Shown: in pieces, positions 37,469-46,855 of the stretch
Position numbering within the stretch: position 1 is the first letter of the stretch
How the letters are laid out: every line of letters starts with the position of its first letter
Assembly (NCBI GenBank): GCA_030606285.1
Contig: JAUWGS010000001.1
Coordinates: forward strand, 176,696 to 240,695
Length of the DNA stretch: 64,000 nt
Source of the DNA: Planctomycetales bacterium
GTDB taxonomy: Bacteria; 4484-113
Direction of reading: 5' to 3'
Notes under the pieces: model-generated
Told to the model about the DNA's origin: nothing
Database searches by the model: none
Seen by the model: only the letters and a program-made list of their open reading frames with translations
Made by a program: the position numbers and the translations under genes

Positions 37469-38007
37469 ATCATTACCTCCTGGTCAAAATCCTGCGGCAC
37501 ACCAAGTGGGTAGCCGCCAGTCGTCTGGATTTTGTGAACGATTTATCATACTACCTGAGCGCCGGTTCCGGCAAGGGCTGAGCGTGCGCGCAGTCGCAGG
37601 ATTGGCTGACGGAAGGGACAGGGATAGGGGTGATCTGTGGAGCGTTACAAAGCTCACTGCTGCCTGGTCTTAGCGCAAGGACTGTAGCCCTGGAGTAAGG
37701 TCAATCCGGGAGACTGGAGCATGAGAGTCTCTGTGTGATTCCGAGCTGGAAGTTGTATGTCCGTGGACCCGGACAATCACCAGTACGGGCTCAGAATCAT
37801 CGGCACCCACCAGAGCAGTCTCAGTTTGCTGCGGCGCCACTGCTGACAGAGCTGTCGAGTCATATTCACCGTTATCAAGCCCTGGTGATGCAAGGGTCAG
37901 CATCACACCGGCCACAATCGAGAGCGCACCCATCAATATACCGTGTACCGTTTGTCTTGTTATCCGTCTCACGTAAACTGGGATGCTGCTTGGCGCTCTG
38001 AAGTTCC

Positions 38008-39408
38008 CTATTTTCCCAGGCAGAACTTGCTGAATATCTCGTCAATGACCATTTCCCTGTTCTCAGCGGCTAGAATCTGCGCCAGCGCACGCTGCGCATC
38101 GTAAAGGTCTACTGCTGTCGCGTCCATTGCCAGGCCGTCGGCGAATGACCTTAAGGCGCAGGCTAAAGCGTAAGTGGCTTTCTCGACCAGCGCGCCCTGG
38201 CGCTCGGTGAGCAGGAATCGCACGCCGGTATCCTGCACCCGTGCCAGCTCCGCCAGAAACGCCCTGACGCCATCCAGCCCCTCATCCTGCTTTGCCGCGA
38301 GAGCGAGTCCTCCCAGCCGCTCCGCGGTCGCTCTAATCTCTCCACGCTCGGAAGGATCAGATACTGTGTCCAGCTTGCTGATTACAGGCAAGACCTCAAG
38401 GCCTACCTCCTCAGCGCGCCTCCGCATGGCCTTCAAGCGGGGCAGGGGATCGCTACCGTGCGTCTTGAAGTGAAACACTTCTTCCACAAGAATGAGCGCG
38501 TCAGCCTCGCCCAAGAGCTTCTCTGCACGTTCCACGCCCATCATCTCTACCAGTTCGCGCGCCCGCCGGAGGCCCGCAGTATCCACCAGCGCCAGCCGGA
38601 TTCCGCCCAGCAGCAACGGCTCTTCCAGGTAATCCCGGGTCGTTCCCGGCTCCTCGGTGACAATCGCTCGTTCATATCCCAGGAGCTTGTTGAAGAGTGT
38701 TGACTTGCCCACGTTTGGCGGCCCGAGAATGACCACCTTCAGTCCGCCTCGCATCCGGTGGTGCCGCCGATAGAACTCCAGATGCGCCTGTAACTCGTCG
38801 GTGAGTGCTGAAATCTCTGGCTTTACTTCCTCAGTCGGTGTTTCCTCTACGTCTCCCGGGTAGTCGTGCACTACTTCAATGCGCGCAAGCAGGCTGTTGA
38901 TACGCGCCAGCCATCCCTCAATGCGTCGTGATGCTTCGCCTGAAAGCTCATTGAGCGTCAGGCGCAGCACTGTGTCGTTACCCGCACGTATGGCTCCGTT
39001 GACTGCCTCGGCCTGTGCGAGGTCTAGCTTGCCGTTCAGATATGCTCGGAATGTGAACTCTCCCGGCTCAGCGAGTCTGGCTCCCGCATCCTGCAGCCGG
39101 TTCAGTAGCCGCTCTACCAGCAGCATATTCCCCGGCAGGCTGATCTCGATAGCATCCTCTCCAGTATAAGAGTTAGGGGCGACGTAGCAGATGACGACAG
39201 CGTCGCAATTAACATCATCGCCGAGACGGAGCGTCCGGTAGAAGTGCTTCCCGCCCAGGCGGGCCTTGGCTGGAAGCTTCTTCGCCAGGATGTCTGATGC
39301 GACATCGTATGTGCTCGCACCGGACACTCTTACTAGTGCGAGCGCTCCGCTGCCGGCAGGCGTCGCCAACGCGCATATCGTGTCGCCAGTCTCGTAGAAC
39401 TTGGACAC
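38008..39408 (-). CDS. mnmE: tRNA modification GTPase MnmE (TrmE)
   Basis: 466 aa. The N-terminus is [21 protein letters not shown], the G-domain motif is [12 protein letters not shown], and the C-terminal motif is CLGK. Confidence 0.9.
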   Translation of the reverse strand: MSKFYETGDTICALATPAGSGALALVRVSGASTYDVASDILAKKLPAKARLGGKHFYRTLRLGDDVNCDAVVICYVAPNSYTGEDAIEISLPGNMLLVERLLNRLQDAGARLAEPGEFTFRAYLNGKLDLAQAEAVNGAIRAGNDTVLRLTLNELSGEASRRIEGWLARINSLLARIEVVHDYPGDVEETPTEEVKPEISALTDELQAHLEFYRRHHRMRGGLKVVILGPPNVGKSTLFNKLLGYERAIVTEEPGTTRDYLEEPLLLGGIRLALVDTAGLRRARELVEMMGVERAEKLLGEADALILVEEVFHFKTHGSDPLPRLKAMRRRAEEVGLEVLPVISKLDTVSDPSERGEIRATAERLGGLALAAKQDEGLDGVRAFLAELARVQDTGVRFLLTERQGALVEKATYALACALRSFADGLAMDATAVDLYDAQRALAQILAAENREMVIDEIFSKFCLGK

Positions 39409-39462
39409 AACTTGATTCTAGCAGGAGTGCGCTGCTTTGCCCGACAAGGAGGTCAACCGGTA

Positions 39463-40380
39463 CTACCGCCTGATCCTCAGCCGTGGATCGAGGATGTCGC
39501 GCAGACCGTCGCCGAAAAGGTTGAAGCCGAGCACTGTAAGTGCCAGTGCAAGTCCCGGAAACACCCCCCACCAGGGCATATCCACGAGATTCCCCCGCGC
39601 CTCGGCGAGCATATTGCCCCACGATGGAGTTGGCGGCTGAACTCCGATGCCCAGAAACGAGAGACCTGCTTCGCTCAGCACGTTCTCCGCCACCGCAAGC
39701 GTGCCCAGCACGATTATCGGTGCCAGACAGTTGGGGAACAGGTGGCGTGTGATGATGCGGAAGTTGCCCGCGCCGATGCTGCGGGCTGCTTCGATGAATT
39801 CCTGCTCCTTCAAGGACAGTATCTGGCCGCGGATTACGCGGGCGATTCCCGTCCATCCGGTAAAGCCAAGCGCAATAAAGAGCGCCCAGATGCCGGGTCG
39901 CTGGAATGTAGCTAGGATGACGATGGCGAGCAGGATGCTCGGAAACGCAAAGAACGTATCAGTGAGCCGCATTAGTGCATTGTCCACCCAGCCGCCGAAA
40001 TACCCAGCCAGCGAACCGATGACAATGCCGATGAAAAGCGCGATGAGGGTGGCAACGACTCCAACGAGCAGTGATACCTGAGCACCGTGAATGATGCGCG
40101 AGAGGATATCGCGGCCGTGAAAGTCGGTGCCGAGCGTGAAACGCTGAGATTTTATGGGCTGGCCGCTTGCGGGATCAATGCGCACTGCTCCTTCGTCATC
40201 AACGGGAGGAGTATGCTCCTGAAAGGACGGCGCGAGTCTTGTGTAGCACTTAAACTGCACGATCGGGCTATGCGGTGCTATCAGAGGCGCTGCAATAGCT
40301 GCGAGCACGAATACTGTGATAATCACCATTCCCGCAAATGCGGTACGGTGTCGCAACAGCTTCTCGAAGAACCAGCGCAT
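39463..40380 (-). CDS. peptide/nickel ABC transporter permease (DppC/OppC-like)
   Basis: 305 aa with about six TM segments and the EAA-like loop (…SIGAGNFRIITRHLFPN…). Confidence 0.85.
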   Translation of the reverse strand: MRWFFEKLLRHRTAFAGMVIITVFVLAAIAAPLIAPHSPIVQFKCYTRLAPSFQEHTPPVDDEGAVRIDPASGQPIKSQRFTLGTDFHGRDILSRIIHGAQVSLLVGVVATLIALFIGIVIGSLAGYFGGWVDNALMRLTDTFFAFPSILLAIVILATFQRPGIWALFIALGFTGWTGIARVIRGQILSLKEQEFIEAARSIGAGNFRIITRHLFPNCLAPIIVLGTLAVAENVLSEAGLSFLGIGVQPPTPSWGNMLAEARGNLVDMPWWGVFPGLALALTVLGFNLFGDGLRDILDPRLRIRR

Positions 40381-41324
40381 TACGTGTATCTAATCCGGGG
40401 ATCAACCCATGCGTAGATGATGTCTACAATCAAATTGACCATCACAAACGTCACGGCGAAGAGCGTGACCGAACCAAGGATGATGGGGAAATCACGCTGA
40501 CCGATGGCGTCAACCATCGCGCGGCCAAGACCCGGCCAGGAAAAGACTGTCTCGGTCAGCACTGCGCCGGTAAGCAGCAGTGCGAACATATTGCCGATGA
40601 CGGTGATGATGGGTATGAGCGCGTTTTTCAGCGCATGCCTGAAGATTATGGCGCGAGTCCCCAGGCCTTTGGCGCGCGCCGTGCGGATGTAATCTTGTCC
40701 CATCACCTCAAGCATCGAGCTTCGAGTGATGCGCGCGATGATGGCCATCGGCACAGTGGCAAGGGTCACAGCGGGGAGAATGAGATGCTTGAAGTTCTCC
40801 CACACCGTTGCCCCGTATTCGGTCATACCGGAAACCGGCAGCCAGTGGAAGTAGGAGCCGAAAACGAGCTGTAGCATCAGGCCCAGCCAGAAGACCGGGA
40901 TGGAAACTCCCGCTACTGCGAGAATCATCATCAGGTAATCAAGGGCTGACTGCGGGCGCATGGCGGCGACGATGCCGACCAGCATGCCGAGGATAATGGC
41001 GATGATCATCGCGCTGAGAGAAAGATAGAGCGTGTTGCCGAACTTGTCGCCGAGAAGTTGTGTCACTGGCTGTCCCTTGATGTAGGAAAAGCCCAGGTCG
41101 CCGCGCACGAGGTCCTTCAGGAAGACCAGGTACTGCACTACAAGCGGCTTGTCCAGGCCGAGCTCCGCTCTGAGCTGTTCAGCAATGACAGGATCGTAGC
41201 GCTGGCCCATGCGCACCTGGATAGGATCTCCGGGCGCCAGGTGAATCGCCGTGAAGGTGATAATTGTGATGCCGAGGAGAACCGGAATTATGGAAAGGAA
41301 TCGCTTCAGCAGGTAGTAGGCCAT
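40380..41324 (-). CDS. peptide/nickel ABC transporter permease (DppB/OppB-like)
   Basis: 314 aa. The N-terminus MAYYLLKRFLSIIPVLLGITIITF is typical of DppB/OppB. There is a 1-nt overlap with the downstream permease gene. Confidence 0.85.
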   Translation of the reverse strand: MAYYLLKRFLSIIPVLLGITIITFTAIHLAPGDPIQVRMGQRYDPVIAEQLRAELGLDKPLVVQYLVFLKDLVRGDLGFSYIKGQPVTQLLGDKFGNTLYLSLSAMIIAIILGMLVGIVAAMRPQSALDYLMMILAVAGVSIPVFWLGLMLQLVFGSYFHWLPVSGMTEYGATVWENFKHLILPAVTLATVPMAIIARITRSSMLEVMGQDYIRTARAKGLGTRAIIFRHALKNALIPIITVIGNMFALLLTGAVLTETVFSWPGLGRAMVDAIGQRDFPIILGSVTLFAVTFVMVNLIVDIIYAWVDPRIRYT

Positions 41325-41336
41325 GGTTTACATGTG

Positions 41337-42989
41337 CTAGCGCTCGAAGTAAACCTTTTCAAGTGGAGTGTTGTTGAGATGTGGGGTGCGGTCCATTGCG
41401 GTGATGCTAATGCCCTTGACGTATGGCTGTACGAGAGTCAGGTTCTTGCGCCAGTAGAGCAACAGCCAAGGCGCTGCGGCAAGCGAGATATCCTCAGCCT
41501 TGTGGTAGAGCCGGCTACGCTCCCCCTCGTCTACAGTCGCGCGTCCCTTCCGTACCAGTTCGTCGAACTGGGGATGCGAAAAGCGCGTGATGTTGCCGGG
41601 ATCGCCGGCCTGCGTTGATTCCAGAAGCACATAGAGCCAGTTGTCCGGGTCCGGATAATCTGTTAGCCATGTGTTCTGGTGGAACAGAAGCTCACCTGCG
41701 TATACCCGGTCGAGGAAGGTTGCCCAGTCGTTCTGCTCGATGCGAACCTTAACGCCAACCTGCCGTAAGTCCTCTTGCACCTGCGCCGCCATCTGGACGG
41801 AAAGCTGCTGCTGGTCAATGTTGAGCGTAACTTCGGGGAAGTCCTCGCCACCCGGATAGCCTGCGCTTGCGAGGTAGTCTCTGGCTTTGTCCGGGTCGTA
41901 AGGATACCCCTCGCTTTCTTCGTTGAAGTAGAAGCTGCCCGGCGGGAAGTAGGTTTTCTGCAGTGCACCGCGCCCTTCGAGTATGTTGCGGATGATGCTT
42001 TCCTTGTCCACCGCGTGGTTGAAAGCTAGGCGAACGCGCTTGTCGTCGAACGGCGGCTTCTCGCAATTGAACCCGTAGCAGTACATGTCCATTGCTGTTA
42101 CGCCATGCACCAGGGAGCTGAGCCTGGCGTCGGCGTTAATCTCAGTCATTTTGCCAAACGGTATGTCAGTATGGTCAAGATCGCCGCTGAGAAACGCCTG
42201 ATACCGGGTGTTCTCGTCAGGTATCACTTTGAACACGATGACATCGAGCTTCACCTCTGTGTCCCAGTATCCACGGTTGGCCTGCAGAATAATCTGGTTG
42301 TCATGATCCCATTTATCGAAGACGAACGGTCCGCTGCCGACAGGCTTCTGTGCAAAGCCCTTCCAGTCTTCTTCAACCACTTCGCGCGGCACGATTGCGA
42401 AATTGCTCATGCAGAGGACTGCGAGAAACGGCGCATACTGCTGCTCAAGATGAATAATAAAGGTGTTCTCATCAGGTGCTTCGAAACCCGCGAAGGATTC
42501 CGTAGTTCCCTCAAAGAACGCTCTCGCGCCCTTGACCGGGAATAGCATCTGTGCCCTTTCGCTCGGCATGTCGCCGGCATCCCTCGCGGCAGCCGAGTCC
42601 AGTATGCGCGTGAAGCTGTACAGCACATCCTCAGCGGTTACTTCTCTACCGTTATGGAATTCCGCCCCTTCCCGGATGAAGAACTTGTATTTTAGTCCGT
42701 CTTCTGAGATGATCCAGTTCTCAGCGAGGTCAGGCACGATCTGAAGGTCAGGGGAGAAACGCACCAGGCCGTTGAATATTCTGCGTACGACCGTATCGGA
42801 AACGGTGTCGGTAATGTGCATAGGATCGAGTGTCGGCGGGTCCGCAGGTAGCGGAAACCGGTAGACGGCCTCGGTCAGTGGTTGAGTGGGCAGGGGGCTC
42901 TTGCCATCGGCTTCAGGTGGGGGAGCCGGATTACACGAAGCGAGAAACGTGGACACGATAAAAACGACGAATAAAGCAGTTCTCCTCAT
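41337..42989 (-). CDS. ABC transporter substrate-binding lipoprotein, family 5 (peptide/nickel)
   Basis: 550 aa. The lipobox is FLASC and SBP_bac_5 motifs are present (TLDPMHITDTVSDTVVRRIFNGLVRF…). Confidence 0.85.
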   Translation of the reverse strand: MRRTALFVVFIVSTFLASCNPAPPPEADGKSPLPTQPLTEAVYRFPLPADPPTLDPMHITDTVSDTVVRRIFNGLVRFSPDLQIVPDLAENWIISEDGLKYKFFIREGAEFHNGREVTAEDVLYSFTRILDSAAARDAGDMPSERAQMLFPVKGARAFFEGTTESFAGFEAPDENTFIIHLEQQYAPFLAVLCMSNFAIVPREVVEEDWKGFAQKPVGSGPFVFDKWDHDNQIILQANRGYWDTEVKLDVIVFKVIPDENTRYQAFLSGDLDHTDIPFGKMTEINADARLSSLVHGVTAMDMYCYGFNCEKPPFDDKRVRLAFNHAVDKESIIRNILEGRGALQKTYFPPGSFYFNEESEGYPYDPDKARDYLASAGYPGGEDFPEVTLNIDQQQLSVQMAAQVQEDLRQVGVKVRIEQNDWATFLDRVYAGELLFHQNTWLTDYPDPDNWLYVLLESTQAGDPGNITRFSHPQFDELVRKGRATVDEGERSRLYHKAEDISLAAAPWLLLYWRKNLTLVQPYVKGISITAMDRTPHLNNTPLEKVYFER

Positions 42990-43010
42990 CCCTGCACCTC
43001 CATGCCGGTA

Positions 43011-44732
43011 TCAGTTTACGTCAGCTCTCATGATAAAAACACGAGAAAGGTCATTGTTGGGAAAGCTAGCATCGATATCCATTCCAGAGATAGCAATGCC
43101 CTTAACCTCGGGTTTCAGCAGGATATTAACCGTTTGCGTGAAAAGAAACAGCCATGGAGCCTCTTCCAGGGCTATCCGTTCCGCCTGCCAGTAGAGTAGG
43201 CGACGTTTGCCCGGATCGAGCTCAGCGCGCGCCTGCTCCACCAGCGTATCGAATTCATCGTTCCGCCATCGCGCCCAGTTGCCGTATGCACCGGAGTTTT
43301 CGCTCGCCAGCAGTCGCCACAGGAACACATCAGGATCAGGATAATCGGCAACGCAGTCACCACGGGCAACTATGAAATCGCCTTCCCGTATCTTCTCCAC
43401 GAACGTAGGAAAATCAGCGGCTTGCCGCTTCCCTTTCACGGACACGTCGCGGAAAAAGTCCTCGATCTGCGATGCAATATCCGGCTGTACCGAGAAATCG
43501 TTGTACAGGAGACGTGTTGTTTCAGGAAAGAACATTCCTTGCGGGTGCCCAGAGACCTCAAGGAGCCTTCTGGCCTCATTGACATCGTATCTGTATCTGG
43601 GCTCGTCCCTGATGGCCGGATTGTACCATTCGGTTAGAGCCGGTGGTATGATGCCGGTCAGGGGCTCGCAGCGTCCTTCCAGGATTTCTTCCACGATGTA
43701 TTCACGGTTCACTGCATAGTTCAACGCCTGGCGAAGCGTCTTCTTGCTCGAGAAGAGCCGGTCCTTCCAGGGCTCTTTGTCCATGTTAAAGACGTAAAAC
43801 TGGACTGCCAAAAGGTCCTTGTGGTGGAATTGTCCCCGGTAGGCTTCGTCCTTACTGACCTCTCGTAGTTTGCCGACAGGGATATTTGTCGCGTCCAGCT
43901 CACCATCAGCGTACGCCTTGAACTGCGCCTCGACGTCAGGTATCACCTTGTAGAGCACCGCATCAAGAAAAGGCGCGCCCTCGAAGTAATCCACATTGGC
44001 TTCGAGTCTGATACTAGAGCCGGTTTGCCAGTCGACAAGCTTGAACGGGCCCGAGCCGACCGGATGGTTTGCAAAGTCATAATGCTGGTCTTCCGCATCC
44101 ACATCCGCTTCCTCACACGGCACTACGGCGAAGTTGATCATCGCTAGAGTTGTCAGAAACGGGCTGTAAGGCTTCGATAGCTGTATCTGAAACGAGTACC
44201 GCTCAGGAGCCGAGACACCGGTCAAACAGTCCGCATTGCGCTCGCGGAACTCATGATACCCCACGACGTCCCGCAGCAGGTTGGCGCGTTCGGATGCTTC
44301 ATCCAGGTTTGCCAATCGCGTAAACGAGTTCACGAAGTCCTTGGCTGTCACCTCACGACCGCTGTGGAATTTCGCGCCTTTCTTGAGATAGAAGGTGAAA
44401 CGTAGGCCATCGGGCGAGACATCCCAGTTCTCTGCCAGGTCGGGGACAAGCTGCAGGTCCTTGTCGAACCTGACTAGAGTCGAGTAGATCTGCCTTGCCA
44501 CTGCAGAGCTACGCACGTCAATAATGTGGATCGGGTCCAGCGTGAGCACATCAGCGTCCAGCGGTAGCCGCAGTGTGCCTCCTGTTTGGCCTACGGGAGT
44601 TGTAGCAGTTTCTGGCTCAGTCTTGGTGCAGGAACCGAGACTGCCTGCGGCGACCAGTAGGCTCGCGGCAACACAAATCGCCACTACCGCTGCCAGCAAA
44701 CCTGAAAATACACGGAAAGGTTGTGGCGCCAT
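43011..44732 (-). CDS. ABC transporter substrate-binding lipoprotein, family 5 (second paralog)
   Basis: 573 aa. The lipobox is SLGSC and the core is TLDPIHIIDVRSSAVARQIYSTLVRF…. Overall fold and motif order are shared with the paralog 22 bp downstream, with low sequence identity. Confidence 0.85.
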   Translation of the reverse strand: MAPQPFRVFSGLLAAVVAICVAASLLVAAGSLGSCTKTEPETATTPVGQTGGTLRLPLDADVLTLDPIHIIDVRSSAVARQIYSTLVRFDKDLQLVPDLAENWDVSPDGLRFTFYLKKGAKFHSGREVTAKDFVNSFTRLANLDEASERANLLRDVVGYHEFRERNADCLTGVSAPERYSFQIQLSKPYSPFLTTLAMINFAVVPCEEADVDAEDQHYDFANHPVGSGPFKLVDWQTGSSIRLEANVDYFEGAPFLDAVLYKVIPDVEAQFKAYADGELDATNIPVGKLREVSKDEAYRGQFHHKDLLAVQFYVFNMDKEPWKDRLFSSKKTLRQALNYAVNREYIVEEILEGRCEPLTGIIPPALTEWYNPAIRDEPRYRYDVNEARRLLEVSGHPQGMFFPETTRLLYNDFSVQPDIASQIEDFFRDVSVKGKRQAADFPTFVEKIREGDFIVARGDCVADYPDPDVFLWRLLASENSGAYGNWARWRNDEFDTLVEQARAELDPGKRRLLYWQAERIALEEAPWLFLFTQTVNILLKPEVKGIAISGMDIDASFPNNDLSRVFIMRADVN

Positions 44733-44756
44733 GCCACCAATTATAGCAATCGGCTG

Positions 44757-45938
44757 TCAACGTATTGCAGTAAGAAGGTCACGCAAGTATCGGTCGCACG
44801 AATAGTAGTCGATGGAGAAGCCCGCAGAGATCTCCGAAGCAAGGTCCGAAAGCCGGCGGAGTGCATCCTCAAGTGCCGCTGCGATGGACGCCGGGTCTCT
44901 TACATCGGTGATTGTGGCAACGCCCGGTAGATGAGCCAGTGGTGAGTCGTTCGCCGCAAGGGCTGGAGTGCGAAACGCCAGCGCTTCGAGGACAGGGTAG
45001 CCGAAACCCTCCTCCAGAGACGGGAGAACCAGCAGGTCTGCATGGCGGTAAAGCGAGACAAGATCGTCGTCGCTTACGCGCCCAAGGTGCAGCACGTCTG
45101 GCAACGGGCTGTCAGGGCGCAGGCACGAGCCGTCTGGCAATGCAATCTCGTGAAGTGGGCGATCCTGCCTGGGCAGTGGCTTTGCGCGACCGCCAACGAT
45201 AACGAGCCTGTGAGGAAGCATCCTTAGTTTCACTTCGGTGAAAGCAGTCAATAGAGCTGGCAGATTCTTGCGCGGCCCAGCCACTCCGACGTGTAGCACA
45301 AACGGTAGCGGAACAGAGACAATGCCGTGAACCGTCTCGACATCTACCATGCTCAAGCGGCTGTAAGCATCTGACCCAGCCTTACTGAACTTTGGTGCAA
45401 GACAGGAAACCACAGTGTGCAGCTTGGGCTCTAGCGACGGGTAAAGCTCCACCATCCGGGCACGAGTCTGCTTGGAAACGCAGATTAGCGTCTTGGCGCG
45501 TCTCAGTGATGCCGGCCCGCTGATGCGGTATATGAGTTGCGCCTTGACTCCCATGAGAAACGGTGCTGCGTATGGCGTGGTGTCATGTATCACGCAGTGG
45601 CAGCCAATGCCCGACAGGTTGGGAAGAACGTAGTCCGGGTCCAGGTACGCGTCCAGATTGAGCCGACGGAATACCTCTGGCAGCTCGAGCTGGTGCAGCA
45701 TATGCCGGGGAAACGCAGAGAAGCTGCTGAAATGAAGCTGAACCTCATCACGAAGAACGAATCGCTCGGCCTCAGCTCGCGGCAGCTCGTTGAGGATGGT
45801 CTGCATGTCGCGTCGCCGCTGGAGAAATACGTGTAGTTCACCGTTGAAGCGCGTGAGCAGAACTGCTGCCAGAATGCGAGCATAGCGGCCAATGCCGCCC
45901 GGTGTATGAATTGCCAGTGCTGATAGGCCCAGTATCAC
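44757..45938 (-). CDS. glycosyltransferase family 4 (GT-B, RfaG-like)
   Basis: 393 aa. The C-terminal Glycos_transf_1 motifs are present (LVIVGG…; LVLPSLEEGFGYPVLEALA). Confidence 0.75.
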   Translation of the reverse strand: MILGLSALAIHTPGGIGRYARILAAVLLTRFNGELHVFLQRRRDMQTILNELPRAEAERFVLRDEVQLHFSSFSAFPRHMLHQLELPEVFRRLNLDAYLDPDYVLPNLSGIGCHCVIHDTTPYAAPFLMGVKAQLIYRISGPASLRRAKTLICVSKQTRARMVELYPSLEPKLHTVVSCLAPKFSKAGSDAYSRLSMVDVETVHGIVSVPLPFVLHVGVAGPRKNLPALLTAFTEVKLRMLPHRLVIVGGRAKPLPRQDRPLHEIALPDGSCLRPDSPLPDVLHLGRVSDDDLVSLYRHADLLVLPSLEEGFGYPVLEALAFRTPALAANDSPLAHLPGVATITDVRDPASIAAALEDALRRLSDLASEISAGFSIDYYSCDRYLRDLLTAIR

Positions 45939-45961
45939 AATACGATTCTAGCAAATGCGGT

Positions 45962-46759
45962 CTAGTAGCCGACCAGAAGGTTCTGGCTGAACCGCCGCAG
46001 CGCGGAGATGATGGATAGCGCGGCAAGGTAGCTTGTGCGTGGATTGTCGGGAGATGGGGCATTTCGCAGCACGATGTGTACGTCTCCCGCAACGCCGGAA
46101 GCTTCTATCTCATGCACGTTTTGTGTTAGAGCCGGGTCGCTTATTAAAACGAACTCCAGCTTGTCTAGGCCTACGGTCGAAAGCCCAAGTGTGATGGAAA
46201 CATTCACGTTTTTCGGGAACTGCTCGAAAGCAGGTTCCGGGGGGCCGCGGTACACTTCTGTCAGCTCCTTATCGTCCCGGCCCAGTGCCTTTGGCGGCTT
46301 TCGCGTGGTAAGGCGGACATGGTCCATCTTAGCCAGGGTCATTGACGACAGCGCGTCCAGTCCGCCTATTGCGCCCGAAGGTGCGATGATTTTGAGGTGA
46401 CTTCCCGCGAGTTCGCGGTGAAACTCCTCGTCCAACTGTAAAAGCCCGCCCACACTCATAACGAAGAGATACTTGGTCGCTTCCACCTGTTGTGATGCAA
46501 GCAGCGCCTTGCGGGCAATCACCGGCACCACGCTCATGTGCGCCGCTTCAACAATCACTTTGCTACGGGCGGCAAGGGTATCCAGGTCCACGAGCTGCAC
46601 ATTCAGCTCCGGGAAACGTTCACAGAAGGTGGCAGCATGCTGCTCGTCAATGTCGTTGGCGAATGTCAGCTTGTACGGCAGGTTGTGGTCAATGATGCCC
46701 TGCGCCAGGAACGTACCAATGTTCCCAAGCCCCACCAATCCCAGTGTAAGCTTTGGCAT
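45962..46759 (-). CDS. aspartate dehydrogenase-like (NadX/DUF108) Rossmann-fold protein
   Basis: 265 aa. The N-terminus LGLVGLGNIGTFLAQ is present. Overall length and motif arrangement match L-aspartate dehydrogenase. Confidence 0.5.
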   Translation of the reverse strand: MPKLTLGLVGLGNIGTFLAQGIIDHNLPYKLTFANDIDEQHAATFCERFPELNVQLVDLDTLAARSKVIVEAAHMSVVPVIARKALLASQQVEATKYLFVMSVGGLLQLDEEFHRELAGSHLKIIAPSGAIGGLDALSSMTLAKMDHVRLTTRKPPKALGRDDKELTEVYRGPPEPAFEQFPKNVNVSITLGLSTVGLDKLEFVLISDPALTQNVHEIEASGVAGDVHIVLRNAPSPDNPRTSYLAALSIISALRRFSQNLLVGY

Positions 46760-46855
46760 GCAATCATTCTATCATCGCAGTTGGCTTCCCGTGCTATGAA
46801 TTCAGGCGCATGTATGGCAAAATGAACGGCAGCCTGGTCCCAGGGGGAAGGAAAC

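Noticed and set aside
37670-37972. 100-aa minus-strand ORF (GTG start) in the 540-bp region upstream of the serine operon
   Set aside because: It has no Shine-Dalgarno sequence, a GTG start and a low-complexity C-terminal half. A 267-bp ORF (37735-38001, 88 aa) spans most of the same interval on the opposite strand and is equally unconvincing. Kept only as a remark in the findings.
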